Position numbers and translations under genes: made by a program. Below the pieces are notes generated by a model. It was not told where the DNA came from and ran no database searches. It saw nothing but the letters and a program-made list of their open reading frames with translations. Below are positions 51,229-64,000 of a stretch of 64,000 bases of DNA, in pieces (positions within the stretch are counted from its first letter, which is position 1; the number at the start of each line of letters is the position of its first letter). Source of the DNA: an uncultured Gemmatimonadaceae bacterium (GTDB taxonomy: Bacteria; Gemmatimonadota; Gemmatimonadetes; Gemmatimonadales; Gemmatimonadaceae). The stretch covers positions 128,001 through 192,000 of the forward strand of contig CAWFQK010000001.1 in the NCBI GenBank assembly GCA_963817955.1, in the 5' to 3' direction.

Positions 51229-51789
51229 ATGCTCGTATCCGATGCCATTCAGCAACGCCGCTCGATCAAGCGATTCGCCCCTCAGCCCGTGTCGCGGGAC
51301 GCGATCGAGACGCTACTCACCGCTGCGGCCCTCGCGCCGAACCATCGTCTCACGCAGCCCTGGCGCTTCTATGTTCTTGGGCCCGAAGCACGGTATGCGT
51401 ATGGCCTCGCGCTGGGTGAACGGAAGGCGCGCAAGATCGAAGATGCCCAGGGCGCGCGTTCCGTGCGGGACACTGTCGCCGCCGAGCACCGTGCGTTGCC
51501 CTGCATGATCGCGGTCGCGGTCGTGACGAATGAGAATCCCGAGATCCGCGACGAAGACTACGCGGCCACGATGATGGGCATCGAAAATCTCGCGCTCATG
51601 GCCGTCGAGCTCGGATTAGGAACCCACATCAAGACCGGCGGCGTGATGGCAGATCGTGCGGCGCGCGACGCGGCCGGCGTGCGCGACGGGGAGCGCATCG
51701 TTGCGATCATCAATCTCGGTGAACCCGCGGACGTCCCCCCGCCGAAAACGCGCGAACCGGCATCCACGTACACGACGTGGATGCCGTGA
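51229..51789 (+). CDS. Nitroreductase family protein
   Basis: RRSIKRF, APNHRLTQPWRF, ENLALMAVELGLG. Confidence 0.92.
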   Translation: MLVSDAIQQRRSIKRFAPQPVSRDAIETLLTAAALAPNHRLTQPWRFYVLGPEARYAYGLALGERKARKIEDAQGARSVRDTVAAEHRALPCMIAVAVVTNENPEIRDEDYAATMMGIENLALMAVELGLGTHIKTGGVMADRAARDAAGVRDGERIVAIINLGEPADVPPPKTREPASTYTTWMP

Positions 51790-51852
51790 CCTGAAGCGCG
51801 CGAGGTCCGCTACATCCAGTGCCAATACGTCGGAGAACCTACTCTATCGAGG

Positions 51853-52413
51853 CTAACCCCGCAGGTTTCTCGCCCATCCCCCACGTCCACGCCCACCGCC
51901 ACCGCCAAGGCCACCACCCTGTCGCCCTCGCATCATCCACGCGTCCGCCTGCTGGTCGGCGGTGAGTACGCTCAGCGCGTCGCGAATGTCGGCGCGTCGT
52001 TGATCGCGTAGACGCTCGAGGTCGGCGACGGCGACGGGCGGCCGTACAGGCTGGACGCCCGCGCCCCGTCCGCGCCCCGTCCGCATCAGAGAGTCCATGC
52101 GCGCGCGCATAGTCCGGCGCTCATCCGCCACACGGCGCGCCACAGCTGCCAACCGCACGACCTGTTGATCCGTCAGCTTCAGCTCAGCGGTGTGCGCGAG
52201 CAGTACGCTCACCAATGATGGACCGGGCCCCTGCATGCCTGGCGGCCCCTGCATTCGAGGCGGCCGCTGCATTTGCGGCGCCATCATCTGTCCTCGTCCC
52301 TGGCCAAGTTGTGCGCCTGGGCGCGGTGGACCGCCAGGCTGCTGCGCAATCGCGCTCGACGCCGTCGCGATCGCGACGGCCAACGCGAGTCGACTCATCT
52401 GTCGGGACAACAT
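51853..52413 (-). CDS. Spy/CpxP-like (LTXXQ) periplasmic protein
   Basis: GGAGG RBS, signal peptide, LKLTDQQ and LTADQQ. Confidence 0.78.
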   Translation of the reverse strand: MLSRQMSRLALAVAIATASSAIAQQPGGPPRPGAQLGQGRGQMMAPQMQRPPRMQGPPGMQGPGPSLVSVLLAHTAELKLTDQQVVRLAAVARRVADERRTMRARMDSLMRTGRGRGAGVQPVRPPVAVADLERLRDQRRADIRDALSVLTADQQADAWMMRGRQGGGLGGGGGRGRGGWARNLRG

Positions 52414-52528
52414 GTTTGCTTCCTCCGGAATTGAATCGTCCAACCCTGTTCCTGCCTGCACCCTGATTGACACCACCACCGGTGGCCTCACTCCATTCTC
52501 AATGCAGGGAGCCTGCCCGGCTCGTCGA

Positions 52529-53350
52529 TCAGGCCGGCACCTCGGGATCGGGATGTCGCACGACACCGAGTGTGGGACTGCTCGGACTCGCCTGCGATCG
52601 CACAGGCATTCGACCTGCGCAGTATGCCTCGTGTCCGGCGCGAACGGCCATCGCGAACGCACTCGCCATTCGCACCGGATCTCTTGCTTCGGCCAGTGCG
52701 GTATTCACGAGTACTGCATCCGCTCCCAGTTCCATTACCTGGGCCGCTTCGCTCGGCACGCCGAGACCGGCGTCCACCACGACCGGTACCGTGCCCTCTT
52801 CGAAGATGATCTCGAGATTCGCGCGCGTGAGCACGCCACGCCCGGAGCCGATCGGCGACGCCAGCGGCATCACCGTCGCGCACCCGACCTCGGTCAGACG
52901 GCGGGCCAACACGGGATCGGCCGGTATGTATGGAAGAACGATGAATCCTTCCTTCACGAGAATCTCCGCCGCGCGAAGCGTTTCGACAGAATCCGGCAAC
53001 AGATACTTCGCGTCTGGAATGACCTCGAGCTTCACCCAATTGGTTTCCGTCATCACGCGGCCGAGTCTCGCGACACGAATTGCTTCGTCCGCCGTTCGGC
53101 ACCCGGCGGTGTTTGGCAGCAGCTGGAAGCACGCGATGTCGATGGCGTCGAGAATGCCCACATGACCCGTCGCGCCGATCTCGACCCGCCGAACGCTCAC
53201 GGTTACGATTTCCGCCCCGCTCGCGGCGATCGCTTCGCGCATCACGGAAAAATCCTTGTACTTGCCGGTGCCCACCATCAGGCGGGACGTGAACGTGCGA
53301 CCCGCGATGGTGAGTCTATCCGCAGCGCGTTCGCTATTTAATGTTGTCAT
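52529..53350 (-). CDS. thiG: Thiazole synthase
   Basis: [35 protein letters not shown]. Confidence 0.96.
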   Translation of the reverse strand: MTTLNSERAADRLTIAGRTFTSRLMVGTGKYKDFSVMREAIAASGAEIVTVSVRRVEIGATGHVGILDAIDIACFQLLPNTAGCRTADEAIRVARLGRVMTETNWVKLEVIPDAKYLLPDSVETLRAAEILVKEGFIVLPYIPADPVLARRLTEVGCATVMPLASPIGSGRGVLTRANLEIIFEEGTVPVVVDAGLGVPSEAAQVMELGADAVLVNTALAEARDPVRMASAFAMAVRAGHEAYCAGRMPVRSQASPSSPTLGVVRHPDPEVPA

Positions 53351-53353
53351 ATT

Positions 53354-53538
53354 TCATCCCCCCTGCATCATGGTGACGATCTCGATGACATCGTGTTCGG
53401 TGAGCGGTGTGTCCGGTAGCTGGCCGCGACGGTGAATCTGGTCGCCGTGCATCACGACGACACGGCTCTGATCCACCTGTAAATCGTCGAGTAGCGCGTG
53501 CAACGTCAGGCCATCGCGGCACGGGTGCTGTGTCCCAT

Positions 53539-53548
<10 letters not shown>
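53354..53548 (-). CDS. thiS: Sulfur carrier protein
   Basis: 64 aa, VNG start, C-terminal GG. Confidence 0.93.
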
Positions 53549-56900
<3,352 letters not shown>

Positions 56901-57002
56901 AGGCTGGAATCTAAGGCCGCGGGCGACGGATGCCAGCAGACGCCCTCGACAGAGCAGAGTTGAAACGAATGGCGACGCTCGTGAACGCGTCAGGGCTTCG
57001 AT

Positions 57003-58715
57003 CTAGGGCTTCGATCCAAGGTCGCGCAGTTCGTCCGCCGCGCCAAGCACGTAGCCGATCTCACGCGACAGCACTCGCGCCTGCTGCGTGGCGCTTGTCA
57101 GGCCCCCAAGGGCCGAATCGAGATCCGATGAGCGCACCTTGAACATGTCGAGCGCAACGTTCCGAAGCAGCAGACCGGCGGTCTCGTACTGTTCCAGCAG
57201 CGAGGCGCGCGCGCGAACGAGCTCGCCACTCGTGTGCCCCTCGAGGCGTTGCAGCGCCGTCCCGAGGGCGACAACCCGCGCGAAGAGCGCGTCCGCCGTG
57301 CCCTTGACATCGGGCAGCATTTTGCGCTCGGTATCGGTCAGCGCGCCGAGTAAGGTGTTCACAGTTTCATGATCGACCATCGCTTGGCGGAGGACGCCCC
57401 CGAACGGCCCGTTGCGCACGTCGTCGGTGACACCTCCGCCCAATGCCGCGACGGCGCCTCCAGCCGAAAGCGCCGGATCGGCAGATGGCAACGTGCCGCT
57501 CAAGATGTTGCCGAGCGACGCGCCGTCCGCCATGAGGCGCCCCATCTGGTTCACGATACCGAGCCCCATGCCAAGGACCGGGAATGCAAACCACCAGAAG
57601 CCGTGCCCGCCGGTGGTCGCATAGTTGATACCGAACAGGAAGAGGCTCGTACCGGCGTAACTGACGAGGCGTCCGCGAAACCGGCGCAGTCGTTCGGCGA
57701 GCGGGCGATCGAGCCCGCGGGTTTCCCGGCGCAGGGCGCGCGAGTCCCGGCGGGTCGGCCGTTCTATCGCCCGAGTGACGATTGGCGGTAGCACTTCGCG
57801 CGTCGAGCGGCTGAGCGGACGAGCCGGCTCCAGCGGCGTGAGCGGCGCCCCATCGAGCGCTGCAACCAATGCAGCACCATCGGCGAACCTATTGCCGGGA
57901 TTCTTCTCGAGGAGCCGCATCACGATGCGCTCGAGATCATCTGGCACATCGACACGCCGTTGCCGCAACGGCACCGGCGTCTCCATCACCTGCTTCATCA
58001 TGATCGAGGGCGTGTTGCCTCCGGAAAATGGCGGCACTCCGGCGAGCATCTGATATGCCACCGCGCCCAGCGAGTACAGATCAGAGCGACCGTCGACCTC
58101 GGTGTCGCCGGCACATTGCTCGGGAGACATATATGCCGGCGTACCGAGCGCCGCGCCAGTTGCGGTGAGACGGGACCCGCCGTCATCCTCGCTCGCCGCG
58201 CGCGCAATCCCGAAGTCGGTGACCAGCGCGCGACCCGACTCCGCATCAAGCAACACGTTGTCCGGCTTCACATCGCGGTGCACGACGCCACGCGCGTGTG
58301 CGTACGCCAGCGCGTCGGCCACCTCGCGCAGGATGCGCCGGGCATCCGCGACAGGTAGCGCACCTGTGCGTCGCAACCGGTCGCCAACGCTCTCGCCCTT
58401 CACGAGTGCCATGACGAAGTACACGAGCCCGTCGCGCTCATCGACGGAGTAGATCGGCACGATATTCGGGTGGCTGAGCCGCGCGTCCATCTCGGCTTCG
58501 CGCAGGAAACGCGAGCGAATGTCGGCGCGAAACGCGAGATCGGGCGGTAATAGCTTGATAGCCACGGCGCGTTTGAGCCGTGTGTCCTGGGCGCGATAGA
58601 CGATCGCCATGCCGCCACGCCCGATCTCGCTCTCCACTTCGTATGCCGGGCCGAGGGCTCGTCCGAGTCGAGACTGGAGGTCGGTTTCCATCCCCAAAGA
58701 TGCGTCATGCCGCAC
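57003..58715 (-). CDS. Hanks-type Ser/Thr protein kinase with 2TM domain and helical tail
   Basis: GRGGMA, VAIK, HRDVKPDN, DFG, GTPAYMSPE; FWWFAFPVLGMG. Confidence 0.95.
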   Translation of the reverse strand: MRHDASLGMETDLQSRLGRALGPAYEVESEIGRGGMAIVYRAQDTRLKRAVAIKLLPPDLAFRADIRSRFLREAEMDARLSHPNIVPIYSVDERDGLVYFVMALVKGESVGDRLRRTGALPVADARRILREVADALAYAHARGVVHRDVKPDNVLLDAESGRALVTDFGIARAASEDDGGSRLTATGAALGTPAYMSPEQCAGDTEVDGRSDLYSLGAVAYQMLAGVPPFSGGNTPSIMMKQVMETPVPLRQRRVDVPDDLERIVMRLLEKNPGNRFADGAALVAALDGAPLTPLEPARPLSRSTREVLPPIVTRAIERPTRRDSRALRRETRGLDRPLAERLRRFRGRLVSYAGTSLFLFGINYATTGGHGFWWFAFPVLGMGLGIVNQMGRLMADGASLGNILSGTLPSADPALSAGGAVAALGGGVTDDVRNGPFGGVLRQAMVDHETVNTLLGALTDTERKMLPDVKGTADALFARVVALGTALQRLEGHTSGELVRARASLLEQYETAGLLLRNVALDMFKVRSSDLDSALGGLTSATQQARVLSREIGYVLGAADELRDLGSKP

Positions 58716-58809
58716 GGAATGACACTACCTCTCAGCAACGTCCGGTATTTCGGGGAGCGACGGCGCACGCGTCCTATCCCGCGCGACCATGCTCCGATAA
58801 GATTCCGGC

Positions 58810-60045
58810 ATGACGGCCGCCTCCGCGCCGCACTTTCCGACCCCACGCCCGAACGCCGCGTTGATGGCGACACTTGGCGTCGTCAACCGCTGGTTGATTC
58901 TCCGTGGGCATTTTCGAGTACGCCATCTCGATCTGCCGCGCGCGGACCGGGACCGCCTCGCCGGCGCCGTCAATCCGGGCACCGCGGCGTTCCTCGGCCC
59001 GAACCATCCCGAGTTCGGCCTCGACTGGATGCTCGACAAGGAGCTGTCCACGTTCGTTGCGCCACGCATGGCTGCCTGGGCGTCGCACGACATCATCGCT
59101 ACGGCGCCGGCGTTCTGGACGCGCAACAATCTCGTGTCGCATCGCGGCGGCGCGGCGGCGTTCGAGTACTCGGTAGCATGGGCACTCGCCGGCCATGGCG
59201 TGCTGCTGCACCCTGAAGGCATGGTGCGGTGGACGTCGGACGTTGTACACCCGCTCTTTCCCGGGATCGCCGACATGGCCGCCGAGGCATGCGGGCGGAT
59301 CGGATCAGGGCGCGACGGCCGGCCCGTGTTCATCGTGCCGCTCGTCTGGAAGCTTCGCTACACGCAAGACGTGACTGCCGGCATGCATGCCGACATGGAC
59401 GTGATCGAACGCGAGCTCGGTCTTCCCAGTGGGTATCGCGCGAGCATCGCGGCGCGGTTTCGTACGTTGCAGGAACGCACGCTCATGCGACAGATGACGC
59501 GCTTCGGCTTCGAGACACGCTCCATCGAGCAGCTCGGCTTCTTCGCGGCCCAGGAGGCATTCCGCGCTGCGTTGATTCACGATCTCGAATCACGCCACAC
59601 CGTGCAGGCAAGCGACTCGGTCGAGCGCACCCTGTACCGGCTGGAAAGGGTTGTACAGACTCCCGACGATCGCGCCCGCGCCCGAGAGGCTGGCCGGCTC
59701 GGCGGATTCAGCAGAGCCACGTATGGCGCGCCGACGCTGACGCAGGAACACGTTGCCGAGAGTCTGAAACGGCTGCGCGCCGATCTGGTGCGGCGCGGAC
59801 GACGGAACGCCATACACAACGCGCTGCCCACCCCATACGGCACCCGTGTGGCGCACGTGCGCGTACCAGAACCCATACTCGTAGACCCAGCGGCGGCCGC
59901 GGCCGATGGAGAGGAGCGCGCGACCTATGTCGCGTCGCTGCTCGACCGCGCGCGGACGGCGATGCAGCAAACGCTAGACGACATCAATCGCGCGATTGCG
60001 CCGGCGGTGGATCCATTCCGCCATCCCAATCCGTTCTCCGACTGA
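58810..60045 (+). CDS. Putative glycerolipid acyltransferase (LPLAT-like)
   Basis: PNHPEFGLD, LHPEG, FIVPL. Confidence 0.62.
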   Translation: MTAASAPHFPTPRPNAALMATLGVVNRWLILRGHFRVRHLDLPRADRDRLAGAVNPGTAAFLGPNHPEFGLDWMLDKELSTFVAPRMAAWASHDIIATAPAFWTRNNLVSHRGGAAAFEYSVAWALAGHGVLLHPEGMVRWTSDVVHPLFPGIADMAAEACGRIGSGRDGRPVFIVPLVWKLRYTQDVTAGMHADMDVIERELGLPSGYRASIAARFRTLQERTLMRQMTRFGFETRSIEQLGFFAAQEAFRAALIHDLESRHTVQASDSVERTLYRLERVVQTPDDRARAREAGRLGGFSRATYGAPTLTQEHVAESLKRLRADLVRRGRRNAIHNALPTPYGTRVAHVRVPEPILVDPAAAAADGEERATYVASLLDRARTAMQQTLDDINRAIAPAVDPFRHPNPFSD

Positions 60046-60164
60046 CGATTACAAGGTCTCCGTGCCCCTTCCCGGCCGTCGGGATGCCCTGATCGCACAA
60101 AGAAAACCGGATCTTCGGGAATTTGTGTCTGGGTGATTTCGGGCGCGCCTCGAGGACCGGCTGT

Positions 60165-61281
60165 TCATTTACCGTGCATACAGGCACGCCGAGTGGCGTA
60201 CTTCACGATTGGACGCGGGCTCGGCGGTGACGCCTCGGTCCACAGGAGCACGGTGCGGCGACCGTCAGCGGCAAGCGCGGGGACACCGACGGTCACAGTG
60301 GCTGGGTCGATCGGAACGGTGGTCGTGCCCGCCGCGGTAATATCGAGTTCCGTGAGCGCGAGTCGTCCATTGGTGATGCGGTCGAACACGAGTGTGACGC
60401 CGCCGCAACTGGCGATCGCGCTGCACAACGAGCGTTGGCGACAGAACGGGCGAGCCATTCGCCGCATACACGCGCGCACCGGGGTGCCACGTGCGTCCTC
60501 CGTCGCCGGACGAGATGCTGAACAGCGATCCCGCATCACCCGGTGTGTCGGGGTCGGGATGCACGACGAGCATTTCAAGCGAATCGCGACCGGTTGCAGC
60601 GATCGCGGCATATGCCGCCACTCCGCCGGCCACATGCCGGCGCCAGGTGTGCGCGGCACGCGTGAACACGGCAATATGAGGCGCGGTGTCCGCCGGCCAG
60701 ACGGGCATCGCGACGTAAAGCACACCATTCGCGTCCATCGTCACCACGCCGTCTTCGGCGCCCCAATCGACTCGCTCGCCGCGAACCAGCTCCTCGGCCC
60801 GACTCCACTCGCGGCCATTCCAGTCCGCGTGCCAGACCGACGTGACCCGACCCGGCCAGGCCGATTGCGGCGTCGCGGGGCCCGGTCCGTCGGCCCAGAA
60901 GAGGTGGTAGAGGCCCGCTCGGTCGACGATGCCCTTCGGATAGGCGAACAGAAAGTCGCCGACCGGTGCACGCAGCGCGCCCCCGGCCTCCTGCATGACG
61001 AAGAGCGGCGTGCGACCAACCGTCACGTCAGCGTCGATGGCAAACAGGTTCGCCGCGACGATGAATCCGTCACGCCCGATAGCGAGCGACGGCCAGCGCA
61101 ACGAATAGCCGGAAGGAATGCCTCGGAGAGTATCGACGTCGGTCCAGCCTCGCGAACGCAGCGTGACCTCGCGAGTGACTGGCGCGCTCTGCGCCGTGAC
61201 TTGTGCAGGGAGCGCCACAGAGAGGGACCCCCAGACCACTGCCGCAGAGGCGACCGTCAGGCGCCGGCGATTCATGGTCAT
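60165..61281 (-). CDS. Hypothetical exported beta-rich protein, probable frameshift near 60425
   Basis: Signal peptide MNRRRLTVASAAVVW, SSGDGGRTW Asp-box; protein-like sequence continues in the frame ending at 60165. Confidence 0.6.
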
Positions 61282-61541
61282 GCGTACGTGATCGGGGGGT
61301 GGGGCGCGAGAACGGTGGGCAGCCGCTGGCGGCGATGAGTGCCTTTGCTCGATGCGGAACCTGGACTCAGCGCATTCGTTCAGCAAGACCTCGAGTGCAT
61401 GAATTCGCGAGAACGAACCCGGCTCATCGGTCTCGCCCGGAACCCCAACCCGGACTCGCAAGTACAACTGTGCAACAACGCACTGACGAAGGTCTGCGAC
61501 GGCGCGGCGTCGGTGCCCGACAATTCTCGATGGGAGCTGTT

Positions 61542-62039
61542 ATGCGAAAGATTGCACTGTTTGCAGCATTTGCAGTTGTCACGGGCGCAACCGTCGTACA
61601 GGCACAAGCCACGGGCGGGCGGGCTGGTGGGCAGCGCGGAATGGGCATGGGACGCGGCATGGGCGCCGGTGGCGGGATGATGATGGATCAAATGCTGTTC
61701 AAGGACATCACGCTCACCGACGCGCAGAAAGCGAAGATCAAGGAGCTACGCGAAGCCGACCGTGCGAAAATGGAGGCCGAGCGCACTCAACCGAAGGCGC
61801 GCGCCGAGATGGAAGCGCTTCGCGATGCACGTCAGAAAGGAGACACCGCGACCGCCAGGCGTCTGATGCGCGAACAGCGCGAACGGATGCAAACGCAACG
61901 CAACGAGCAACTCTCTGATTTGCGTGCCATTCTCACGGACGATCAACGAAAGCAATTCGACGCCAACACCGCCGCGATGAAGGAGCAAATGGGTGAACGC
62001 GGGATGGGACGCGGCATGCAGCGACCGCCGGAGCGCTAA
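61542..62039 (+). CDS. Spy/CpxP-like (LTXXQ) periplasmic protein
   Basis: GGAG RBS, signal peptide, LTDAQK and ILTDDQRKQFD. Confidence 0.88.
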   Translation: MRKIALFAAFAVVTGATVVQAQATGGRAGGQRGMGMGRGMGAGGGMMMDQMLFKDITLTDAQKAKIKELREADRAKMEAERTQPKARAEMEALRDARQKGDTATARRLMREQRERMQTQRNEQLSDLRAILTDDQRKQFDANTAAMKEQMGERGMGRGMQRPPER

Positions 62040-62075
62040 TACTTGCCTTCAGATACCTTGCCGGGCGGCACACGG

Positions 62076-62190
62076 TGGATTGGACTCCGTGTGTTGGCCG
62101 GCTGGATGTCGCTGGCGGCTCCGTAGCGGTCGGGCCGCCAGTCGGCAAGGTTCGAGTTTCCAGTTGTGAGTTGTGCGTTGTGAGTTCCTG
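62076..62190. repeat. Half copy (C) of the composite palindromic element
   Basis: GGATTGGACTCC...GGATGTCGCTGGC...CAGTTGTGAGTTGTGCGTTGTGAGT matches ~21707-21815. Confidence 0.88.
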
Positions 62191-62373
62191 ACACTCACAT
62201 GCCTTACTGCGACGGCCCAGCTGCAACACCGATCGAGGCAGCAGCAACTGACCTGACCAGCGCGATGATCGTGCTGGTGGGGCGGCATGTCTCGTGACCG
62301 AGGCCGCAAGTGGAGTGCATTGATGCTTGCGCGATACCAGGACATATCGGCTAGGCAGCAAATGACATGAAGT

Positions 62374-63576
62374 CTATGCTGCCATTCGCTGTGCTCCGGC
62401 CCAAGCCAGCGCTTCCAGGTACAGCGGCTGCAGTGTGGCCGGCTCGATGCCGAGTGCAGTAGCCGCGGAGCGCACGTCAGCCCACCCGCCTGCGACGTAC
62501 GTCTCCACCAGATGAAGCGCCGCGCCGAGAAAGTCGTCGCGGCTGATGAGCGCCCCGCGGATATCGGGTGCGAGTTGCATGGAATCGCATAGCACGTCCA
62601 TCGGAATCTCGAGAAGCTCGTCGATCACCGAGAGCATGCCGACGAGGAACAGCGGCCCCTTCGCGGTGCGCACGCGCATTGGATCGGCAAGCAGCTCGCA
62701 CATGCGCGCGCGGACCAAAGCAAGGTGGACGAGCTCGGCCTGTACACCCGTGTCCTTGCCGTCGGTCACGAGGAGCACGGTCAGCCAGCGCGCGAGTGGC
62801 TCGCGTCCCAGTAGTCGGAGCGCGTGCCCGATCGACCAGATCTCGCGGCCGCCCATTGCCGCCGAGTTCACCATGCGCAGCAGCTTGTACGACAACCCGA
62901 CATCGCGGCGAAGGAGTTCCTCGATCTCGCCGTCGGTGGCGTTCGGATCGCGCACCAGCTTGAGCACGCGAAAAGTCAGAACGTGCTCGATGCCGATCTC
63001 CCGGCGCACGTAGCTCTCCGGCGCCGAGAAACGATAACCCTGGAACAGATCGATGCCGAGTCGCGCGCAGTGTTCGCGCTCGCCGCGATGCTGCACGTTG
63101 ACGGCGAGCAGGCGCGCTTTGTGACCCCGCAAGGCCGGCTCGAGCGCCGCCAACTGCTCACTGGTGATCGCGGCGACATCGAGCTTGACGACGCTACAGA
63201 GGTCGAGAAAGCGCGGCGCCTGCATCGCATCGTGCACGTGCGTGGACAGTCGATAGCCGTTCGCAACGAGGGATTCGCAAGACGTGCGGATCTCCGGGTC
63301 AGCCGCGAGCGCCGACGGCACTTCGATGATGACCCGATCGGGCGGCAGCATGGGCAGGGACCGACGCACGAGCATGTCGCGGTTGACCGGAACGAACACG
63401 GTGTGATCGCCCACGACGCGGTCGATGCCGATGTCGAGGAACAATTCCGTGACCATTTCCTCCGCTTGAGGCTCGTCGTGATCGTCGCCCTTCTTGGAGC
63501 CGAGGAGGGCGAGATCATAGGCGAAAATATTCTCGTTGCCGTCAAACACCGGCTGCCGCGCGATAAAGAGGTTCAT
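62374..63576 (-). CDS. EAL-HDOD (YuxH-like) protein with a degenerate EAL domain
   Basis: FIARQPVFD, FQGYRFSAP, DVGLSYKLLRMVNSA, RARMCE. Confidence 0.9.
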   Translation of the reverse strand: MNLFIARQPVFDGNENIFAYDLALLGSKKGDDHDEPQAEEMVTELFLDIGIDRVVGDHTVFVPVNRDMLVRRSLPMLPPDRVIIEVPSALAADPEIRTSCESLVANGYRLSTHVHDAMQAPRFLDLCSVVKLDVAAITSEQLAALEPALRGHKARLLAVNVQHRGEREHCARLGIDLFQGYRFSAPESYVRREIGIEHVLTFRVLKLVRDPNATDGEIEELLRRDVGLSYKLLRMVNSAAMGGREIWSIGHALRLLGREPLARWLTVLLVTDGKDTGVQAELVHLALVRARMCELLADPMRVRTAKGPLFLVGMLSVIDELLEIPMDVLCDSMQLAPDIRGALISRDDFLGAALHLVETYVAGGWADVRSAATALGIEPATLQPLYLEALAWAGAQRMAA

Positions 63577-63714
63577 CGGATTTGAGTATCGGCCTCCGTG
63601 GTGAGCTCTTTAGTGAAGAGAGCTGGCTATGTCGCGACCGGCCGTTGTCTTGACCGCGGCGGCGGGCCGCCAAAATGGCGGTGATGAGGGACTTGCGGCG
63701 CGCGTGAGCTCGCC

Positions 63715-63955
63715 AATCACACCTGTAGGTCATGCGAACGCGTCCGTGACTCGACCAATCGGGCCTGCTATGTCGCTGAACGTCGCCGTAACTCGCCCAA
63801 ACGGCAAAAGAGTTCGAAAAATCGGGCCCGTAGCCCGCCCGATCGGGCCCGTAACCCGCCTGATCGGGCCTGTAGACCACCCGGAGCGCAACGTAACGGT
63901 GCCGAACGACCCCGTAGGCGCTCCGAACGACTCCGGTAGCAGCCAAATCGGCAGA
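63715..63955. repeat. Degenerate 21-bp tandem array (~11 units)
   Basis: Core GATCGGGCCCGTAACCCGCCY with diverged flanking units in register. Confidence 0.8.
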
Positions 63956-64000
63956 TGAAGGCGACCAAACGTGGTGTAAGAGCAACCCAACGGGGTGATT

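Noticed and set aside
60133..61338. Long plus-strand ORF (and similar long antisense ORFs such as 29596-31140 and 52190-53341)
   Set aside because: Arg/Gly/Pro-rich shadow frames opposite well-supported genes, as expected at high GC.

Overview
GC-rich bacterial chromosomal window. The gene mix (ADOP-type duplicated ABC permease with PadR, VPS10/BNR glycosyl hydrolase, Ser/Thr kinase, ECF-antisigma-PDZ, Spy/CpxP proteins) suggests Gemmatimonadota; this is inference only. About 55 coding regions are supportable. They include an arsR-permease-thioredoxin-CDF metal cluster, an M61 peptidase, an HK/RR/hybrid-HK triad, a classical menaquinone operon (menF-D-H-B-A-E, no menC), tandem ZIP transporters, and a TPP-riboswitch-controlled thiC-thiDE-thiS-thiG operon. 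No rRNA, tRNA, CRISPR array, integrase or transposase was seen. The most unusual content is non-coding or degenerate. (1) A dispersed ~350-460 bp palindromic element occurs as two full copies and one half copy, all between convergent genes; it is built from 7-bp arrays and ~52-bp inverted arms, and its ends overlap flanking stop codons. (2) A 20-bp REP-like array sits next to an inverted-repeat-bounded GxxExxY-like remnant. (3) Two degenerate 21-bp-period arrays are present. (4) Several genes appear collapsed by internal deletion. (5) Many single-base disruptions occur and may be sequencing errors. All family calls come from motif recognition, not database searches.
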